Origin: a virus
Lineage: Duplodnaviria > Caudoviricetes
Reading direction: 5' to 3' (one strand)
IMG/VR virus record: IMGVR_UViG_3300011008_000004
Location: 64,001 to 128,000 of that record
DNA: 64,000 nucleotides
Made by a program: the position numbers and the translations under genes. The notes under the pieces are model-generated. The model was not told the origin of the DNA and searched no databases. It saw only the letters and a program-made list of their open reading frames with translations. Position 1 is the stretch's first letter. Each line of letters opens with the position of its first letter. Positions 30,600 through 41,487 of the stretch are shown here, in pieces.

Positions 30600-32470
30600 A
30601 CTATTCTACTTATCCCGTATCTATCTTTCTCAACAGTAATTATAGAATCTTCAGGCAAATTAAGATCTGAATGGTGCGTAACTATAAATACGCTTTCAAT
30701 ATCATACAATTTATTAGATATTAAATCAATAATCTTCTGGCACCCAAGTCTATCGCAAGCATCAAATAATTCATCTGCAACTAAAATATTACAGCTAAAA
30801 CCTAAAAACTTGCACAACATGTCTCTTATTGCAAACTGAATAATGATATCTACCTTTTTAGCTTCACCACCAGACAGAGACTCAATTTGCTTGCCATCAT
30901 ACATAATATCTATGTTATTTCCATTAAGTATAAAGTCTAATTTATCAGTTCCAAAAACTTCTAAACTATATTCTTTAGCTTTTTCATTTATAAAACTAAT
31001 AACATTAGAAAGCAATAAACCTCTAAAGTCTCTAGTAGCTAATGTAAACATCTTGTTCACAACGCATTGCCTTGCTTCTATATCTTTCTTTATATTATTA
31101 TTATACAATAATTCTTCATTTATAACGCGTGCGCTATTTTCTAAATCAGCGATAGCGGTTACAATACTTTGTTTTAATGTATCAAAAGATTTTCTATCTG
31201 ATTCAAGTTTATTAAGTTTATCTTTGTCAATGTTATAGATTCCTTGTCTTTCATCTACAGTTCTCTTCAAATCATCGTATGATTTTCTAAGAGCATTGCC
31301 TTTTTCATATGATTCTTCTTTTAATTTATTGTAAGTTTTATCAAGTTCATCTATTTCAATCTGTTGTTTATCTGTAATTTCTTTTAATTTTTTATTAAAG
31401 ATATCTAATGTATCATTTGTAGACTTTAATTCATTTTTTAAATTAGTAGTATCGGGCTTATTTACATTGGGAATCTTTTGTCCGCAAGTAGGACAAATAT
31501 CTTTAATATTGTCTATCTTAGTTATTTCATTCTGTAATGAATTAACTTTTAACTTTAACTCAGATATATTTTTATTAGTATCTTCTAAATCCTGTTTATA
31601 CTTACTTTGAATTTCATTCACTTCAGCAGACTTTCTATCTGATAACATAGCATAAACATTACGTTCATTATTTAGATCAGTGAATAAGTTATTTAGTTTA
31701 ACGTTATCAGCCTCTAGATTGACTCTAGTGACTTCTAAAGATGATTTAAGTGTATTTATTTGATTATCTAATTCAATAGTATCACTTAACTCGTTTAATT
31801 TATTTTTATTAGTTTCTACTTGTTCATTTATAGATTCTAATTTAGTATTTTTAGTTAAAATAATATCTTCGACATCTCTTAACTTTTTAGATAGAGCTTG
31901 TTTTCTATCATTTATTCTTGTCTTTAAGTCCTCAATCATAAAGTCTGATTTAGATAACTTTTCAAGAATTTCTTTACGTCCACTTGGAGTATTATTAGTA
32001 AATCTTTGTGGAAGTCCTTGTCCTAAAACAATAACAGAACCTATAAGTTGAGAATTCAAATCTGGAATATATTGAGTTAATAAAGCTTCACTATCTCTAA
32101 TTCCTTTACCACTTTTATCCTCACCATTTATATAAATTTTAAGATCAGTCTTAAATTCTTTAGTATCTTTATATCTACAAATCTTATACTGATCATTGTC
32201 TATATCAAAATATAACTCAACTATAGCACCATCATCACCATTATGATTTACTACATCTTTTACGCCACGAATAGTTGTTCCAGTTAAAGCATAACTTATA
32301 GCTTCCCAAATAGAACTTTTACCAGAACCATTAGATTGTGAATTATCTGTAGGATTATAATTTACACCTTTTACAATTGTGTAGCCTCTATTTGTTAAAT
32401 CAATATCTGCATCTTTAAATGAAAAGAAGTTACTAAATTTAATTCTTTTAAAATTTATAATCATTTGCAA
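30596..32470 (-). CDS. sbcC: SbcC/Rad50-like ATPase (gp46-like)
   Basis: NGSGKSS Walker A, coiled coil with CPTC hook, LSGGE signature, DELFD. Confidence 0.93.
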   Translation of the reverse strand: MQMIINFKRIKFSNFFSFKDADIDLTNRGYTIVKGVNYNPTDNSQSNGSGKSSIWEAISYALTGTTIRGVKDVVNHNGDDGAIVELYFDIDNDQYKICRYKDTKEFKTDLKIYINGEDKSGKGIRDSEALLTQYIPDLNSQLIGSVIVLGQGLPQRFTNNTPSGRKEILEKLSKSDFMIEDLKTRINDRKQALSKKLRDVEDIILTKNTKLESINEQVETNKNKLNELSDTIELDNQINTLKSSLEVTRVNLEADNVKLNNLFTDLNNERNVYAMLSDRKSAEVNEIQSKYKQDLEDTNKNISELKLKVNSLQNEITKIDNIKDICPTCGQKIPNVNKPDTTNLKNELKSTNDTLDIFNKKLKEITDKQQIEIDELDKTYNKLKEESYEKGNALRKSYDDLKRTVDERQGIYNIDKDKLNKLESDRKSFDTLKQSIVTAIADLENSARVINEELLYNNNIKKDIEARQCVVNKMFTLATRDFRGLLLSNVISFINEKAKEYSLEVFGTDKLDFILNGNNIDIMYDGKQIESLSGGEAKKVDIIIQFAIRDMLCKFLGFSCNILVADELFDACDRLGCQKIIDLISNKLYDIESVFIVTHHSDLNLPEDSIITVEKDRYGISRIV

Positions 32471-33501
32471 ATCTCCATTAACTCAGATTCTAACACATTT
32501 TCCGGATCTTCTATATTGTCATTACAGCACTTAATAAATTCGTTTATATGATCTACACTTTGTAACTCTTTAATATCGCTTGTAGGAACATCAGATGTAT
32601 CATGAGACACACAAACTTTATACGTTATTATCTTATCATTAGCGTGTAAAATATCTCTAATGTCTTTTATTATGCTGTTTGGAGCCTTAACCGATACAGC
32701 TGAATTATTACCTAACTTGTCTAAAACCTTATTTAATTCATCTAAAGTCTTTACTTCAAATTTATAAAATAGCCAAGCATATGGGTTATTTATAAATTCT
32801 AATTCTAACGTATCTGTATCTAAAATCCAACCGCCATACTTATAGTTAAAAGCATCATTTGTAAAATTGAAGCAAGAATAACTTCCTAAATTTAATCCTT
32901 TCTTAGAAAACCAACCACCATTATGTAGATGTCCATTTAAAAATAAATCACAGTTAGCATCTATTTCTTCAGTAGTAAAACCATCTTTAGAAATGAACCC
33001 GCCATACTGAATTCCTGCAATATCATTATGAGAAATTATAATATGTTTAGTTGCTTCTTTACTTTTAACTAAATATGTGTCTAATGGTTGTTTATCACTA
33101 TGTAGTATATAAGGTAAGAAATGGATCTGAGTATTTCCAGCCATTAAACTAAAACCTTGCATATCAATTACATTAGATGTTTCTGTTGCTAACATTTTAG
33201 TTACATTATATCTTAAACCACTATTTGCGCTTGACTCATGATTTCCTACTAAAAAATACTTTGGAAGACTATTCCATTTAACACTTTTTACTGCTGTTAT
33301 TTCTTTATCTGACACCGTGGCACTATTAAACATGTCACCAGCAACTATCATCACATCGCAATTATGACTAACTGCATAATCATTATAATAGTTAAGTCCT
33401 TTTATGCTTTGATCCAAATTAGCCGTATAAACTTCTCCAGCACCTGAAATTATACTTGTAGTTTCTGCAATATGAATATCACTTATAATTAAAGCTTTCA
33501 T
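32461..33501 (-). CDS. sbcD: SbcD/Mre11-like nuclease (gp47-like)
   Basis: SDIH, AGDMF, GNHE, NGHLH; start reassigned to MKALII. Confidence 0.9.
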   Translation of the reverse strand: MKALIISDIHIAETTSIISGAGEVYTANLDQSIKGLNYYNDYAVSHNCDVMIVAGDMFNSATVSDKEITAVKSVKWNSLPKYFLVGNHESSANSGLRYNVTKMLATETSNVIDMQGFSLMAGNTQIHFLPYILHSDKQPLDTYLVKSKEATKHIIISHNDIAGIQYGGFISKDGFTTEEIDANCDLFLNGHLHNGGWFSKKGLNLGSYSCFNFTNDAFNYKYGGWILDTDTLELEFINNPYAWLFYKFEVKTLDELNKVLDKLGNNSAVSVKAPNSIIKDIRDILHANDKIITYKVCVSHDTSDVPTSDIKELQSVDHINEFIKCCNDNIEDPENVLESELMEICK

Positions 33502-33520
33502 AAAAACCTCTTTATAAAAT

Positions 33521-33549
33521 ATTATACATAAACACAAAACAAAAGTCAA
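33521..33549 (-). promoter_or_regulatory. sigmaA-type promoter overlapping terminator 33541-33569
   Basis: TTGACT-N17-TATAAT; palindrome AAAAGTCAATCAT..ATGATTGACTTTT. Confidence 0.78.
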
Positions 33550-33575
33550 TCATAAATGATTGACTTTTTATCTTA

Positions 33576-34130
33576 TCATATATCTTTAGGAGATTGGTCT
33601 CCCCATCTATCCCAACCATCTACAGCTTGTCTCGCAAATAATTCTATCTTTTTAGATTTAGGAAACATATTACAAATTCTATCTCTAATCTCAGCTGGTT
33701 TAGTTGAATGTGAAGAAATCTTTTGACTTATAAACTGTTTAGTTCCAGGATTTCTAACTCTATCACTTGGAATCTTTCCTTTCTTAAATATTAAACACAT
33801 TTCACATTGTGGCATTGTATAATTTCCAACATTTGCGCGTTCTTTATACCATACAAATCCAACTGTAACGTATTTAAATCCCCAACTTTCACCAACCTCT
33901 ATGCATCTTTTAAGTTCTGCACTTACTACCCACATAAACATTAAGCAATCATCATCAGCTATTTTAGAAACATGTTCTCCAAAATAAGTTAATTCATTGA
34001 ATGTCATTGTGCGATAATATTCATTAGCTGGTCGCCACTTTGTCCCACCTGAACCGCCATATTGCCACGGCGGATCTACATATATAATTTGATACTTATT
34101 TTCTGTATTGTAAATGTCTATATTAGCCAT
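33576..34130 (-). CDS. MT-A70-family N6-adenine methyltransferase
   Basis: IYVDPPW, FMWV, WGFKY, HSTKP, IELFAR. Confidence 0.9.
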   Translation of the reverse strand: MANIDIYNTENKYQIIYVDPPWQYGGSGGTKWRPANEYYRTMTFNELTYFGEHVSKIADDDCLMFMWVVSAELKRCIEVGESWGFKYVTVGFVWYKERANVGNYTMPQCEMCLIFKKGKIPSDRVRNPGTKQFISQKISSHSTKPAEIRDRICNMFPKSKKIELFARQAVDGWDRWGDQSPKDI

Positions 34131-34138
34131 ACTACCTC

Positions 34139-34981
34139 TTACACTAATTTAAGCATTAGATAACTTAATGCATATTGATCACTTATAGTACCTTCAACTA
34201 TACCAAAACTTAAATCTTTACAAATTTTCATTATATTTGCATAACTGTTATCTTTAGTATCTATAAGTTTTTTCTTTGATAAATTATACAAACTAAAAAG
34301 TATAGTCATCGATGATTCATTTAATTTTAATCTATTCTTAAATACTTTATTTATAGATGCTGGACATTTCTTATTATTTATAATGTCATTTAATAACGTA
34401 TACATATTTATTTGTCTATAATCAGAAAAACCATTTTCTAACATATAAGACATTACAACATTTGAACTACTTTGTTCTAATGTAAATATTTTATCAATTT
34501 CATTTAAACATTCACCTAAATCACAATTGCAATAATCTATTAAAGTTAAAAGTTTGTCTTGATCTACAGATACACTATTTTCTTCACACTTCTTTAATAA
34601 ATACTTTAATATCGTGTAATTATCTAACTTTGGAAATGTTATAAAATAATCTTTATACTTTTTATATGTATCAGATTTCTTATCAAATTCACTATATCTT
34701 AAAATTATACGTTTATTAGTTTTAACTAATTCATCAACATAATTAGAATTCTTACAAACATTCTCATCATTCATAACTACATATATGACATCTTCTTTCA
34801 TATTATTATGAATATCATATAAAACATTATCAACACTATCATAATATTTTAAAGGTCTACTGACAGTATTTGAAATATTAGTTATATATTGTTTCGCTAA
34901 CGCTTGTTCATCTTCTATAAATATTAAAAAGTTAGGAATATTATTAGTCAATACAGCAGCTTTAAGAGCTTTTATTTCCAT
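34139..34981 (-). CDS. clamp loader delta (HolA)-like subunit
   Basis: Degenerate AAA+ layout, DLGECLNEIDK, next to dnaX. Confidence 0.65.
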   Translation of the reverse strand: MEIKALKAAVLTNNIPNFLIFIEDEQALAKQYITNISNTVSRPLKYYDSVDNVLYDIHNNMKEDVIYVVMNDENVCKNSNYVDELVKTNKRIILRYSEFDKKSDTYKKYKDYFITFPKLDNYTILKYLLKKCEENSVSVDQDKLLTLIDYCNCDLGECLNEIDKIFTLEQSSSNVVMSYMLENGFSDYRQINMYTLLNDIINNKKCPASINKVFKNRLKLNESSMTILFSLYNLSKKKLIDTKDNSYANIMKICKDLSFGIVEGTISDQYALSYLMLKLV

Positions 34982-35283
34982 TAGTTAAAAGCCCTCCAAA
35001 TATTCATTACATAATCATCTATAATCATAGTTTTTATAGCTGGCTTATCTAATTCATACATTTTCTTACAATCATCACTAGCTACTAAAATTCTACAAGC
35101 TCTCAATGTGTCCATTTTATTTTCTTTCAATAAATCATTCACATATAAAACTACTTCATTTAAAAAATCTAATAATTTATAATATTCTGGATTGTCTAAT
35201 TTTGAAGCTATATTCAATGAATTAGCTAATGAAGCTCTTGACATATTATCTATTACATACTTTGCAAATTCTTTTACGTCCAT
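34981..35283 (-). CDS. hypothetical protein (possible clamp-loader collar subunit)
   Basis: Between dnaX and holA-like genes. Confidence 0.5.
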   Translation of the reverse strand: MDVKEFAKYVIDNMSRASLANSLNIASKLDNPEYYKLLDFLNEVVLYVNDLLKENKMDTLRACRILVASDDCKKMYELDKPAIKTMIIDDYVMNIWRAFN

Positions 35284-35285
35284 AA

Positions 35286-36296
35286 TTAATCCTCATTAGT
35301 CATTTCTAAAAGAATCATTCTAATAAATACTTCAGCATTACTAGAAGTTACATTCTTTCTACATTCAAACAATCTTGTAGCAAACTTAGTTAAAAATTCT
35401 AACTTATCTTTATAAAGTTTATCTTCATAACTACGTGGAATATTTACACAATTTATGCTATAAGTTTTATCATATATTGCATACTCTATAACAAACGATA
35501 ACAGTGAATCATAAACTTGAACTAAATCATTACTTATAGATTTTAACTGTTCTAATTCATTTAAACTTTTTGTTATATCTTTATTTAATAAATTATTAAC
35601 TATTTCTAATAAAGATGCTTCTTTAACTAAACCTAAAACCTTTTCAATGCTATCTAAAGTTAAATCATTCGAATAATCTAAACATTTATCTAAATCAGTT
35701 ATAGCATCTCTCATATAACCATCAGCTTTAATCGCTATTCTATCTAAAGCTTCTCTTTCATACTTACTATGAGTTATTTCATTACAAATATATTCTAACT
35801 TATCAGCTATTGTTTTAGTATCAATTCTCTTAAAATCAAACCTTTGAACTCTTGATAAAATAGTTCCAGGAATTTTATCAGGATTTGTAGTACATAAAAT
35901 AAATACTGCATGTTTAGGCGGTTCTTCCAACAGCTTTAATGCTGCATTCCACGCAGCGCTTGTCATCATGTGACATTCATCTATGACATAAACTTTATAC
36001 TTACAATCAATCGCCATTTGTTGCGAATCTGAAATTAAAGTTCTAATGCAATCTACGCCATTGTTAGATGCAGCATCAATCTCTATAACATGACCTTCAT
36101 TATCATTCAAACTGTTTGCAAAAACTCTAGCTGTAGTTGTTTTACCACAACCATGAGCTCCACAAAATAAATATGCATGTTTTATCTTCTTAGTCGCTGT
36201 TTGTCTAGATAATATACTAACTATAGATTCTTGACCAACAATTTCTGCAAATGATTTAGGTCTTAATAATGTTGCTAATGTATCGTTACTCATCAA
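35286..36296 (-). CDS. dnaX: DNA polymerase III gamma/tau-like clamp loader
   Basis: RPKSFAEIVGQ, GCGKTT, EIDAASNNGVD, IDECH, LLEEPP. Confidence 0.93.
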   Translation of the reverse strand: MMSNDTLATLLRPKSFAEIVGQESIVSILSRQTATKKIKHAYLFCGAHGCGKTTTARVFANSLNDNEGHVIEIDAASNNGVDCIRTLISDSQQMAIDCKYKVYVIDECHMMTSAAWNAALKLLEEPPKHAVFILCTTNPDKIPGTILSRVQRFDFKRIDTKTIADKLEYICNEITHSKYEREALDRIAIKADGYMRDAITDLDKCLDYSNDLTLDSIEKVLGLVKEASLLEIVNNLLNKDITKSLNELEQLKSISNDLVQVYDSLLSFVIEYAIYDKTYSINCVNIPRSYEDKLYKDKLEFLTKFATRLFECRKNVTSSNAEVFIRMILLEMTNED

Positions 36297-36320
36297 TTAC
36301 CTCTGATTTATTTTACAAAA

Positions 36321-36680
36321 TCATTTTGTTATTGTTACACATTTTTTAATAATCCAACCAGTCCAGTTATTGCTTGTAGAGTCATACAAGTCAACTAGAA
36401 GCATCTTCTCAGTTTCCTTTAATATCTTACCATACATCACTAAACTTGGGGGTGGATTACCTCCATTCCATTGTTTATGAAAATCGAATGAAGGCGATGG
36501 ATGTATAAACCAGTCTACAAACTCAAACTTAGTATCTAAAACTGGCTTATCATCTCTATTATATTGTTTCATAAATACAATTTCTTTAAAATCATTTGGA
36601 ATAGTGGTTGATACTTTTCCATCAACTTTAAATTCTAAATTAGTACACTTTTGAAGTTGTTCTTTTAATATATCATTCAT
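36321..36680 (-). CDS. hypothetical protein
   Basis: 119 aa ORF. Confidence 0.6.
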   Translation of the reverse strand: MNDILKEQLQKCTNLEFKVDGKVSTTIPNDFKEIVFMKQYNRDDKPVLDTKFEFVDWFIHPSPSFDFHKQWNGGNPPPSLVMYGKILKETEKMLLVDLYDSTSNNWTGWIIKKCVTITK

Positions 36681-37296
36681 TCTTCAATATTTTACTCTCA
36701 TCAAATGCAGTTGCTTGCATATCACTTTGTGCAAGTAATAACGCTAATGGGCATCTTTCATATGCTGTTAAAACATTCTTAGGCGTAAATACATCTGTCG
36801 ATACATCTATGCCATTCATGTGATACAATACTGCAATTTCTTCCTCATAAGTAAGATTAATAAATTGCTTTATCATATAAACTGAATTCTCTGAATGACT
36901 ACCATAAAACAATCTTTCTTCATCAGGTTTAACACCGTAATAATCTACTTTTATCCAATTACCATCTTCATCTTTAGTGTTTCTCTGTTCAAGACTATAA
37001 AAATTTACTTTAGATAAATCATGAAGTAGTGATACTAAAGCAATTGTTTCTTGAGAATATGGACTATGTTCTAAATCACCGTATTCATATTTAATCATTC
37101 TAATAAGTCTATTAAACACATTTAAACTATGTTGAACTAAACCACCTTTTTCATTTAAATGAAATTTAGTACTAGCTGGGGCTTCTTTCATATCAGATTT
37201 ATCTAACCAAGCTAATAATTTATCTATACCTGGTCTGTTAACATATTTAGATAAATAGTTCTTAAATTTCGTATAATTATTTTCAAAATCTATCAT
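36673..37296 (-). CDS. HD-domain phosphohydrolase
   Basis: APASTKFH, GGLVQHS, LLHDLSK. Confidence 0.88.
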   Translation of the reverse strand: MIDFENNYTKFKNYLSKYVNRPGIDKLLAWLDKSDMKEAPASTKFHLNEKGGLVQHSLNVFNRLIRMIKYEYGDLEHSPYSQETIALVSLLHDLSKVNFYSLEQRNTKDEDGNWIKVDYYGVKPDEERLFYGSHSENSVYMIKQFINLTYEEEIAVLYHMNGIDVSTDVFTPKNVLTAYERCPLALLLAQSDMQATAFDESKILKNE

Positions 37297-37307
37297 AATA
37301 ACCTCTT

Positions 37308-37652
37308 TTATAAACTAAGCATTTTAGTTTTAATTTTTCTACGTTTAACTAATGTTCTCTTATATAAAGCTCTATCATTTGCAGTAATATTATTTACACC
37401 AGTATGCAAGCCACTTCTAGTTGCATTGAATATAGTCTTCCAATTAGGAACTACATTATACTTCACACAACATTCACTAACATTAAATCTTTGTGCAAGA
37501 GCTTGAACTGATAAACCTTTACTATAAAGTTTTAACATCTTCTTACGATCCTTATCAGTTAAAACTCTCTTTCTGTCATAATTAGTACCTTGAATCTTTA
37601 CAATTTTATCAATAACTGTATTACTTAACTTTAAAACTTGTCGTCTTTTCAT
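37308..37652 (-). CDS. helix-turn-helix protein
   Basis: GLSVQALAQRFNVSECCV. Confidence 0.7.
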   Translation of the reverse strand: MKRRQVLKLSNTVIDKIVKIQGTNYDRKRVLTDKDRKKMLKLYSKGLSVQALAQRFNVSECCVKYNVVPNWKTIFNATRSGLHTGVNNITANDRALYKRTLVKRRKIKTKMLSL

Positions 37653-37866
37653 ATCTTTTACCTCTAATCCATAATATCATACCCCAAACAAATATGTCAA
37701 TTACTTCTCATCTTTCTTTTCATCTGTTATAGTTATGGGTGTACTATTATCGTAGTAATTTTTATCATAACTATTATTCACATCAATAGCGAATAATGCG
37801 ATAAATACAGTTAAAACTACCATTAAAATATATCTAATCATCTTATTTTACCTCTTAAAAATATAC

Positions 37867-37900
37867 AAAAAGAGAATTCCTCATTTGAAGAATTCTCTTT
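37867..37900. terminator. intrinsic terminator
   Basis: AAAGAGAATTC...GAATTCTCTTT. Confidence 0.7.
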
Positions 37901-37906
37901 AAATTT

Positions 37907-38296
37907 TTACTTATTATTTAAATATTCTAATAATTCTTTAAACAAATATTCATCTATAATATAATGATTTTCATTATAAGGTGCATCCGGTCCAAAATTA
38001 AAAACAACCGCTTGATGCTCTTTATTGCAAAATATCATTTCATTACGATTCTTTTCAAACCATTCTCTCTTTATAGATATTGAATCCGAATTAGAAGTTT
38101 TTGTTTTGCATTCTATTAAAAAGCTTTCAGCGCCCTTTGTTGTAACATCACCTTTGCCGGAAAACATTGTGGCTCCCGAATTTGCAGTAGTTCTACCACC
38201 TACAGTTTTAGCTACATAATCTTCTTGTCTTTTAGAATAATATCTAGTAGGCTTCTTCTCGTCTTTAAATGAATATTTTTCAAACTTTCCAGCCAT
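37907..38296 (-). CDS. Holliday junction resolvase (Hjc-like PD-(D/E)XK)
   Basis: QE..VA, NSGA, KGDV, LIECKT. Confidence 0.8.
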   Translation of the reverse strand: MAGKFEKYSFKDEKKPTRYYSKRQEDYVAKTVGGRTTANSGATMFSGKGDVTTKGAESFLIECKTKTSNSDSISIKREWFEKNRNEMIFCNKEHQAVVFNFGPDAPYNENHYIIDEYLFKELLEYLNNK

Positions 38297-38299
38297 TAA

Positions 38300-39607
38300 T
38301 TATTCTGACTCCCTAGAAACCATAACAGCCGTTTCTTCATCCATTACAGTTATCCTTTCTTGCTTATTAATTTCTTCAGCTTCTTTTAAGGTTAAAGATA
38401 CACCTTGGTCTTCTTTTTGAATAGCTGCAGCAGTTTCTGCATCTAACAAGTTGCCAGAGAATTCAGATGAAGAAGATAACTTTTCATTTAACGCTAATGT
38501 ATACTTTTCAGTAAATTCTTTATGAGATTTGAAATATTGATATAAATCATCTTTCTTACCACGTAAATCATTACCATTTTCATCTTTCATTAATAGTTTA
38601 GTGTTAGGATCTAAAACTTCATACGTTACATTATTAAGTCTATTTATCATGTTAAACTTAGTGGCAATATTGAACATATCTTTAGTCACGTCCATATACG
38701 CTTGTTTACCTGTTTCATCAAACATATAAGTAATAAAACCACCACCACGAGTCGTAGGAGCTGTTTTATTTTTTAAGAAACTAAACTGAATTCTATAACC
38801 TGATGCGCCTTGTCCAGTTGCTGCATTCTTTTCTTGACCGGCTTTAGTAGAATTAGCTAATTCTTCACCATTTTCATCTAAGAATTTTCTCTTACCAAAT
38901 CTAATTCTCACACTTGCGTAGAACTTTATAGCATCACCACAAGGTTCATCTAAAATATCAGCGCCTGTAAACGTCTTACCTTTAATTCTAGTTTGGTTGA
39001 TAAGCATTAAATCAATGTCATTAGCTGCAATAGTAGGAATCATTTCACGTTGCCACTTATATAAGAACTTAGCGAGTGTTCCTCTCATACCATTGTCTTT
39101 TTCAAACTCATTTTCATAGTCAATAGAAGGAACTAATGCAGGAATAGAATCCACTATAATTAACGATATATCTGAAATACTATTAGCCATATCTAAAAGT
39201 GTACCTAAAACTAATTCACCAGATTCACCAACATCAGGTCTATATAAATAAACTTTGTCTGGATCAAAATTATTAGCTTTAGCATGATACTCAACATCGT
39301 ATGTGCTTTCAATATCTGCATATAAAATAGACTTATCTGGGAAATTTCTTTGATAGTCTGCAATTATAGCGCTTACACCAGATGTTTTTCCGGTGGAGTT
39401 TAAACCTGATACCTCTATAATTCTACCTTTATGTGGAATACCACCCCAAGTAGGATAAGCAATTCCAGGACATAAACTTTTAATTCTAGTATATTGCGGA
39501 ATTAAACTTGATTTTTGTAAAATATTTTCATTTTTTCTTGTTTTTGCAAATTGTTTAGCATAATCTGCAAATGTCATTTTAACTTTTTCAGCCATATATC
39601 TCCTCAC
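38300..39607 (-). CDS. recA: RecA-like recombinase
   Basis: GGIPHKGRIIEVSGLNSTGKT, IIVDSI, INQTR, GDAIKFYASVR. Confidence 0.92.
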   Translation of the reverse strand: MRRYMAEKVKMTFADYAKQFAKTRKNENILQKSSLIPQYTRIKSLCPGIAYPTWGGIPHKGRIIEVSGLNSTGKTSGVSAIIADYQRNFPDKSILYADIESTYDVEYHAKANNFDPDKVYLYRPDVGESGELVLGTLLDMANSISDISLIIVDSIPALVPSIDYENEFEKDNGMRGTLAKFLYKWQREMIPTIAANDIDLMLINQTRIKGKTFTGADILDEPCGDAIKFYASVRIRFGKRKFLDENGEELANSTKAGQEKNAATGQGASGYRIQFSFLKNKTAPTTRGGGFITYMFDETGKQAYMDVTKDMFNIATKFNMINRLNNVTYEVLDPNTKLLMKDENGNDLRGKKDDLYQYFKSHKEFTEKYTLALNEKLSSSSEFSGNLLDAETAAAIQKEDQGVSLTLKEAEEINKQERITVMDEETAVMVSRESE

Positions 39608-40107
39608 TGATCTTCATAATTATCAGTTAACTTTCTATCGCTTGCTCTAGAAATTAGAATACTCTTTAAAGAATCTACAACTCTATGAGCTTCATCTAAC
39701 TTTGTTTTTATTTGACTTGCTATTAATTTGTACAACTTAGCTACAGCTTTATCCTTACTCGCAGATAAAATTGCGGTATTTTTTCTTTGTTCGTTATTAC
39801 CTTCAGCTGTATTAAATGCATCTGCCTGTGTTTCATCTTGAACAATTTCAGCTATTTCAGATGCTATATTAGTTTTATCTTTTATATCGCCTAAATCATA
39901 AGCTTTTAAAGATAATTGTAATTCAGCTCGTCTAATATCTTCATTAGTCAGTTCGTTTATATTATCATTTAAATATTTTATAAGTTCATCTATAGATTTA
40001 GTGTAGCCTTTAACAATATCTTTCGCTTGTGAATTTAAACTATTATATATTGTTTGAATATCACTCATACCGGTAGATAAATCATTACTTAAATTGTTTA
40101 TATCCAT
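39604..40107 (-). CDS. helical protein, possible recombination mediator
   Basis: Coupled to recA, coiled-coil composition. Confidence 0.5.
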   Translation of the reverse strand: MDINNLSNDLSTGMSDIQTIYNSLNSQAKDIVKGYTKSIDELIKYLNDNINELTNEDIRRAELQLSLKAYDLGDIKDKTNIASEIAEIVQDETQADAFNTAEGNNEQRKNTAILSASKDKAVAKLYKLIASQIKTKLDEAHRVVDSLKSILISRASDRKLTDNYEDQ

Positions 40108-40162
40108 AAACTCCTCTCAAAATATCATTTTACTTATATATTTATACAAAAAATGATAAAAT

Positions 40163-40192
40163 AAAAGCACTAAGAAATTAATCTTAGTGCTT
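40163..40192. terminator. intrinsic terminator
   Basis: AAGCACTAAGA...TCTTAGTGCTT. Confidence 0.7.
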
Positions 40193-40211
40193 AAAATTTA
40201 ATTACATTTAA

Positions 40212-40814
40212 TTACTTTATAACTTCATAAACATCTTCATCTGCATAGGCTTCAAACCACTTATGCGCATAACTCCCTTCATATACTACGGCTCTTAAAC
40301 TAGTTACATCTTCAAAAGCATCACCGTCTATAAACTTAACACTTCTAGGAATAGCTATTTTATCACCAAGATCACAATAAGCAAATGCGCCTTGTTCTAT
40401 ACGCTCTACACCTTCATCTATAATAATGGTTTTTAACGATTCACATCCACTAAAAGCATAAGACCCGATAATTTTCACAGTGCCAGGTATATGTACTTTT
40501 TCTAAGTTTTCACACATCCAAAAACAACCCCAACCTATCTCAGTTATGTTTTCAGGAAATGTTCCTACCTCACCTAGCATCTTATCATTGTAATAATAGT
40601 ATTGAGGTAACGATGTTATATGAGACATTACATCTATATCTGCTTTATTTAATATATTCACCAATGCTTGCATAAAGTGTGCCTGCATTTCTTCATCAAC
40701 TTCATCAGTAAATGATACAACATTTTCAAATAGTTTATCGAAATTATTAGCGTTTAAAGCTTTTATATTTTCTTCATCACTTAAAAATTTATCAACTATA
40801 TCATATATAATCAT
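40212..40814 (-). CDS. BspA-type leucine-rich repeat protein
   Basis: IPGTVKIIGSYAFSGCESL repeats. Confidence 0.88.
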   Translation of the reverse strand: MIIYDIVDKFLSDEENIKALNANNFDKLFENVVSFTDEVDEEMQAHFMQALVNILNKADIDVMSHITSLPQYYYYNDKMLGEVGTFPENITEIGWGCFWMCENLEKVHIPGTVKIIGSYAFSGCESLKTIIIDEGVERIEQGAFAYCDLGDKIAIPRSVKFIDGDAFEDVTSLRAVVYEGSYAHKWFEAYADEDVYEVIK

Positions 40815-41428
40815 ACTTCAAAATTCCCATCAGAGCAATGTATCGTAATTTTGTGTGACTTACCTGTAAACATAGTACCAGATCTAAATAATCTTTCACA
40901 AGAATTGATAGTATTTTGTACATAAATATCTTTTAAATTATCGCAACCGTCAAATACATCACGTCCAATATATAATGAACCTTTACCAAAATATACACTA
41001 TTTAAATGAACACAGCGAGCGAATACACCTCTATACAAACCTAGTAAATTATCATCAAAATGTACTGTTCGTATATTATTACAACTAGAAAAAGCATAAT
41101 TCTCTATGTACTATAATTGACTGTCTTCTTCAAATCTAATATCTACAAACTTGCCTTTAGAAAAAGCCAAAGGACCGATATATCTTACTTTATTAGGAAT
41201 AAACAGATGATCAATAGATGTATCTTCCATATATTTTCCAGGAATTTCAAGTAAATTATTTAATGGATTTAACCCAGCTTTTACTAATATTTCATTTATA
41301 TAAGAACCAGGTATCTACAAAGCCTATGCTTTATTAAATAAGTCTAAGAAATTACTATCATTTATTAGTGTTATATTAGCATTATCATTTAAAAAATCTT
41401 CTATCTTATAGCTTAATCTACTATCCAT
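40811..41428 (-). CDS. BspA-type LRR protein (TAG-recoded)
   Basis: In frame with 40811..41038 through at least 3 TAG; IPNKVRYIGPLAF repeats; follows GCTAAATTA. Confidence 0.75.
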
Positions 41429-41487
41429 TATATAGTTCCTACATATTTTTTACTTTTAATTTAGCTAAATGTAAAAGAGACTGTTGA

